Part shown: in pieces, positions 56,669 to 60,053 of the stretch
How the letters are laid out: every line of letters starts with the position of its first letter
Position numbering within the stretch: position 1 is the stretch's first letter
Assembly: GCA_046724395.1 (NCBI GenBank)
Contig: JBKOWM010000056.1
Location: 1 to 60,053, forward strand
Reading direction: 5' to 3'
From: Actinomycetota bacterium
GTDB taxonomy: Bacteria; Actinomycetota; UBA4738; HRBIN12
DNA: 60,053 bases
Position numbers and translations under genes: made by a program
Notes under the pieces: model-generated
Seen by the model: the letters and a program-made list of their open reading frames with translations, nothing else
Told to the model about the DNA's origin: nothing
Database searches by the model: none

Positions 56669-57870
56669 CGACCCCATTGCGTGGCATCCGGCTGTCTCGT
56701 CGTGAGTTCCTACGCCATGCCGCCGTCGCGACCGGTACGACGGCGATCGCGCCGTTCTCGTTCATCCGAAGCGCCCAGGCGGCGGCGCTCGACTTCGAGG
56801 AGTTCGTCCGAAGGCAACGTCGCGAGGCGATGACGCCGGGGATCGCGGTCGCGATCGTGCGAGGCGACGAGGTCGCCTGGTCGTTCGGAACCGGGTGGGC
56901 CAACATCGAGAGGGGCATCCGTGTCACATCCGACACGGTGTTCATGCTCGCCTCGGTCTCGAAGACCGTGACATGTGCGGGAGTGATGTCGGTCGTCGAG
57001 GACGGCGACCTGAACCTCGACGCGGACGTCAACGACTATCTGCCCTTCGAGGTCCACGTCCCGGCCGCCCCCAGGGCCGCCATCACGACCCGGATGCTGC
57101 TCACGCATACCTCCGCGATCCGGGATCGCTGGCGCGTCTGGGGGCGGCCGAACTCCGACCCGACGCTCTACTTCCACGGCGACTCGCCGATCACGCTCGG
57201 AGATTTCCTTCGCTCGTACCTGGTCCCTGGCGAACCCGAGTATCGAGAGGGAGCGAACTTCTACGAGCGGCGTCCCGGAAAGCAGTATGCGTACTGCAAC
57301 ATCGCCGTCGCGCTCGCGGCCTACGTCGCCGAGGTCGTCGCTCGCAAGGACTTCAACGAGCTCTGCAAGCGGCGGATCCTCGAGCCGCTCGGCATGGACC
57401 AGTCCGGGTTTCGCCTGGCCGACATCACCACGTCGAACCTCGCGATGCCCTACCGCTTGGACAAGGACGCGGACACGTTCGAGCCGTTCTTCCAGTACGG
57501 CTACCCCGACTACCCGGACGGCGCGCTTCGGACGAGCGCCGTGCACCTTGCGAGATGGCTCGCCGCGTTCATGAGCTTCGGCGAGCTCGACGGCGTCCGC
57601 GTCCTGGAGCGGAGCACCGTGCGCGAGATCCGCCACAATCAGATTCCGGACATCGCCTGGTGGCACCAAGGGCTGATCTGGTACGGGGCGTCCCCCAACG
57701 GCTACTTCCGCATGGGCCATACGGGCGGAGACTTCGGCGTCAGCACACGGATGTTCTTTCGGCCGGACACGCAGGTCGGCGTCGTCTCGCTGACCAATTC
57801 GTATCTTGGCTGGCCGAGGTGGAACGCGTTCCGCGCAATCGACCTCAGAATCTTCGACGAGCTTTCATGA
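56665..57870 (+). CDS. Tat-exported serine hydrolase (beta-lactamase/AmpC-like fold)
   Basis: SRREFL Tat motif, SVSK, YCN, GHTGG; GTGA overlap with the P450. Confidence 0.9.
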   Translation: MTTPLRGIRLSRREFLRHAAVATGTTAIAPFSFIRSAQAAALDFEEFVRRQRREAMTPGIAVAIVRGDEVAWSFGTGWANIERGIRVTSDTVFMLASVSKTVTCAGVMSVVEDGDLNLDADVNDYLPFEVHVPAAPRAAITTRMLLTHTSAIRDRWRVWGRPNSDPTLYFHGDSPITLGDFLRSYLVPGEPEYREGANFYERRPGKQYAYCNIAVALAAYVAEVVARKDFNELCKRRILEPLGMDQSGFRLADITTSNLAMPYRLDKDADTFEPFFQYGYPDYPDGALRTSAVHLARWLAAFMSFGELDGVRVLERSTVREIRHNQIPDIAWWHQGLIWYGASPNGYFRMGHTGGDFGVSTRMFFRPDTQVGVVSLTNSYLGWPRWNAFRAIDLRIFDELS

Positions 57871-59540
57871 GGTTCGGTCGGTCGCCACGAGATATCGCCC
57901 GCAACGCCGTAGCCGGGCGCTGTTGCGAGGACTCGGACGCCCGTTCCGTCCGGTCGCATCACCATAGGGCGTCGTCGCCGACGAACGCGATGAGATCGCC
58001 GTCGGAGACCAACTCGGCTGGAAGTCGCTCCACCATCGCCGCTCGATACTGCGACGATACGAGCGCCGGTCGCAGACATCGCGAAGATCCGCGCCGCTTC
58101 GAGCGTTCCGCTTGGTTCTCGCACGACGCGCACGAAGGCAATCCTCGTCCCATCCCGCGACCAGGCAGGCTGGTATTCGGGCGCAGCGTCGTCAGTCAAT
58201 CTGCTCACGTCGGAGCCGTCGGCTTCGATCACGTAGATGTCGGTGGGGCACGCGAAGTCCGCTCCGGGCTGGCAGAGTCCGCTCGATGGATCGTAGCGGG
58301 AGCTTGAGAACACGGCGATCTGCGCGATCCTCGTCGGCTCCCCGTCGAAGACGGTCTTGCGGCCCGATCCGTCCGGTTCGATCGCGTCGATCCAGCTTCC
58401 GCCATCTCCGCCGCCGACCCGGAAAAAGATCGACCCGTTCTTCGCTGCCGGCGGCGTGCTCGACGGTGAGACGCCCGCGGCGAGGACCGGCTGCCAGCTC
58501 GGATCCGACGCATTCGATGGAAGATCCGGGATCTCCCGAACGCCGGAGCCATCCGCGTCGATGACGTAGAGCGCATCCGCACCGCCGGCGTCCCCCGGAG
58601 CGCTGACCGCGATCAGCCGGCCATCCGGCGACCAGGCGGGCGCCCGGGCGCCCGCCGGTGCGGCCAGCCCTCGTGCCGTGGAACCATCTGAGGCGATCAC
58701 GAAGATGCCAGGTGAACTCCCCTCATCCGTCAACCGAACGAGCGCGAACTCCGAGCCGTCGGGCGACCAGGCAAGATCGCTTGCCCACGTCGCTCCATCG
58801 AGCGCGATGTCGTCCGCTCCACCGTCGTCGGGCTTCATTGGCCAGACGAAGATCGAGAACGGGACGAGGGCCCCCGCGCCGCTTTTCCGGATGAATGCGA
58901 TGTGCGAGCCATCGGGCGACCACACCGGCGACGAGTCGGCCACGCACTCGGGCGGCCCGCACAACGTGAAGGCGTGCTTCTCCATGCCGTCCGATCGCGT
59001 GATCCATATCTGCCCGTCTCGGTTCGTAAAGGCGATCCGCGCTCCGTCCGGAGACCACGACGGCTCCCGGGCTCCAACCTCCTGCACGACCGGATGAGGG
59101 TTGGTTCCGTCGGCGCTCGATACCCAGATCTCGGACCGATCCGTGTCGCTGGCTTTCACGACGTACGCGATCTCCGAACCATCCGGAGACCATGCCGGGT
59201 CGGACGCCGCGAGTGGATCGTGGACGTGCGTCACTTGGACGACGTCGGTCCCGTCCGGTTCCACCGAGTAGATCTGCGACGTGCCGCCGTCCGGCGCGGC
59301 GAACGCGATGCGGCCGGTCGCCGACGCGGCGATCAGGCGACGAGGCTCGACGCCACGGAAGACCCAGACGGCCGAGGCCAACCCCGTTACCGAGATGGCC
59401 AGCGCCACGACGATCGCGACAACCCGGCGGCCGCCGGGCGCCGCGACCGACCTGGCCGGGTCGCGTTCGATCACGTCGTGCCACAGATCGGGGGCGGGCG
59501 TATGCGAGAGGGAACGAAATCGATCGTCGAGATCACGCAT
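57865..59540 (-). CDS. Membrane-anchored PD40/TolB-like beta-propeller protein (putative anti-sigma), frameshifted near the 3' end
   Basis: N-terminal TM, repeated P.WSPDG..IAF; the last repeat is spread over three frames; true end inferred near 57865. Confidence 0.75.
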
Positions 59541-60021
59541 CTTCGTCCTCGAGCAGCTCTCGTAGTCGCCGCCGCCCTCGAGCGAGGTGAACCTTCACGG
59601 CAGCGGATGTCGAACCGATCGTCGCCGCCACGTCTCGGATGGTGAACCCGGCGCCGTGATGCAGCACGATCGCGGCGCGCTGCTTCGAAGTCAGCCGAGC
59701 GAGCGCGGCGATCAGCTCGCGCGCGGGCATTTCCATCTCGTACGAGCCCTCCGTCGGGAGCGGCGCCGTGCGAGCTCGATCGCTTAGAAGACCGCCGGCG
59801 ACGCGGAACACCGTCCGCCAGACCCAGGCCCGAGGATCGCGGATGTCTGTTCCCCGTCGAAGCGCCTGCGCGAATGTCTCGGCCACCGCGTCGCTTGCAA
59901 CCTCCGGATCGCCCGCGTACGCGAGCACGGCGTGCCACATCTTGGCGCCCTCCTGTCGATACAGGCGCTCGAGTTGGTCACGGCGCTCGACGCCCGCCGG
60001 CGGTCGCTCCACCCTCGCCAT
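59533..60021 (-). CDS. ECF sigma factor (sigma-70 family)
   Basis: ASDAVAETF, AW.WRT..R, LARLTSKQRAAIVL, VKVHLARGRRRLR. Confidence 0.9.
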   Translation of the reverse strand: MARVERPPAGVERRDQLERLYRQEGAKMWHAVLAYAGDPEVASDAVAETFAQALRRGTDIRDPRAWVWRTVFRVAGGLLSDRARTAPLPTEGSYEMEMPARELIAALARLTSKQRAAIVLHHGAGFTIRDVAATIGSTSAAVKVHLARGRRRLRELLEDEDA

Positions 60022-60053
60022 ACAGGAGCAAGGATCAACGATCGGGTTAACAC

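Noticed and set aside
1-60053. Selenoproteins (in-frame TGA) expected from selAB
   Set aside because: The TGA-terminated genes I inspected (crp, adnB, midA, NUDIX, whiB, mscL, cNMP) end at natural family C-termini with no plausible Sec context; not an exhaustive scan

Overview
High-GC chromosomal segment (GC not computed) from an Actinomycetota member, inferred from WhiB, AdnAB, LigC, F420-type DDN/LLM enzymes and the crp-MBL-NUDIX-ridA-whiB-ponA-yqeY-phosphoesterase-tRNA-Pro gene order. It holds about 63 CDS and one tRNA-Pro(CGG). I saw no integrase, IS, CRISPR array or prophage. The left half is core-like: adnAB, a cNMP/Crp pair, midA converging on an orphan nuoD, selAB, ponA, fumC and rpsD. 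The right half is accessory: an HTH + Clp-N operon with twin palindromic operators, two DrrAB-like exporters (MarR- and WYL-linked), ECF42 + DGPF, an amino-sugar ABC/GH4/NagB cluster, a START-coupled atypical class III cyclase, ligC, a QE-motif (CYP255/GcoA-like) P450 coupled to a Tat serine hydrolase, and an ECF sigma with a frameshifted PD40 partner. The best leads are a whiB gene absent from the ORF track that appears to start at CTG, a possible split cNMP-sensing system (Crp lacking the phosphate-binding Arg opposite a stand-alone intact cNMP domain), a split ClpC2-like autorepressor, the midA-nuoD enzyme/substrate pair, a reductase-less QE P450, a candidate anti-SD sRNA and pervasive leaderless starts. 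All family calls come from motif recognition by eye; no database search was run.
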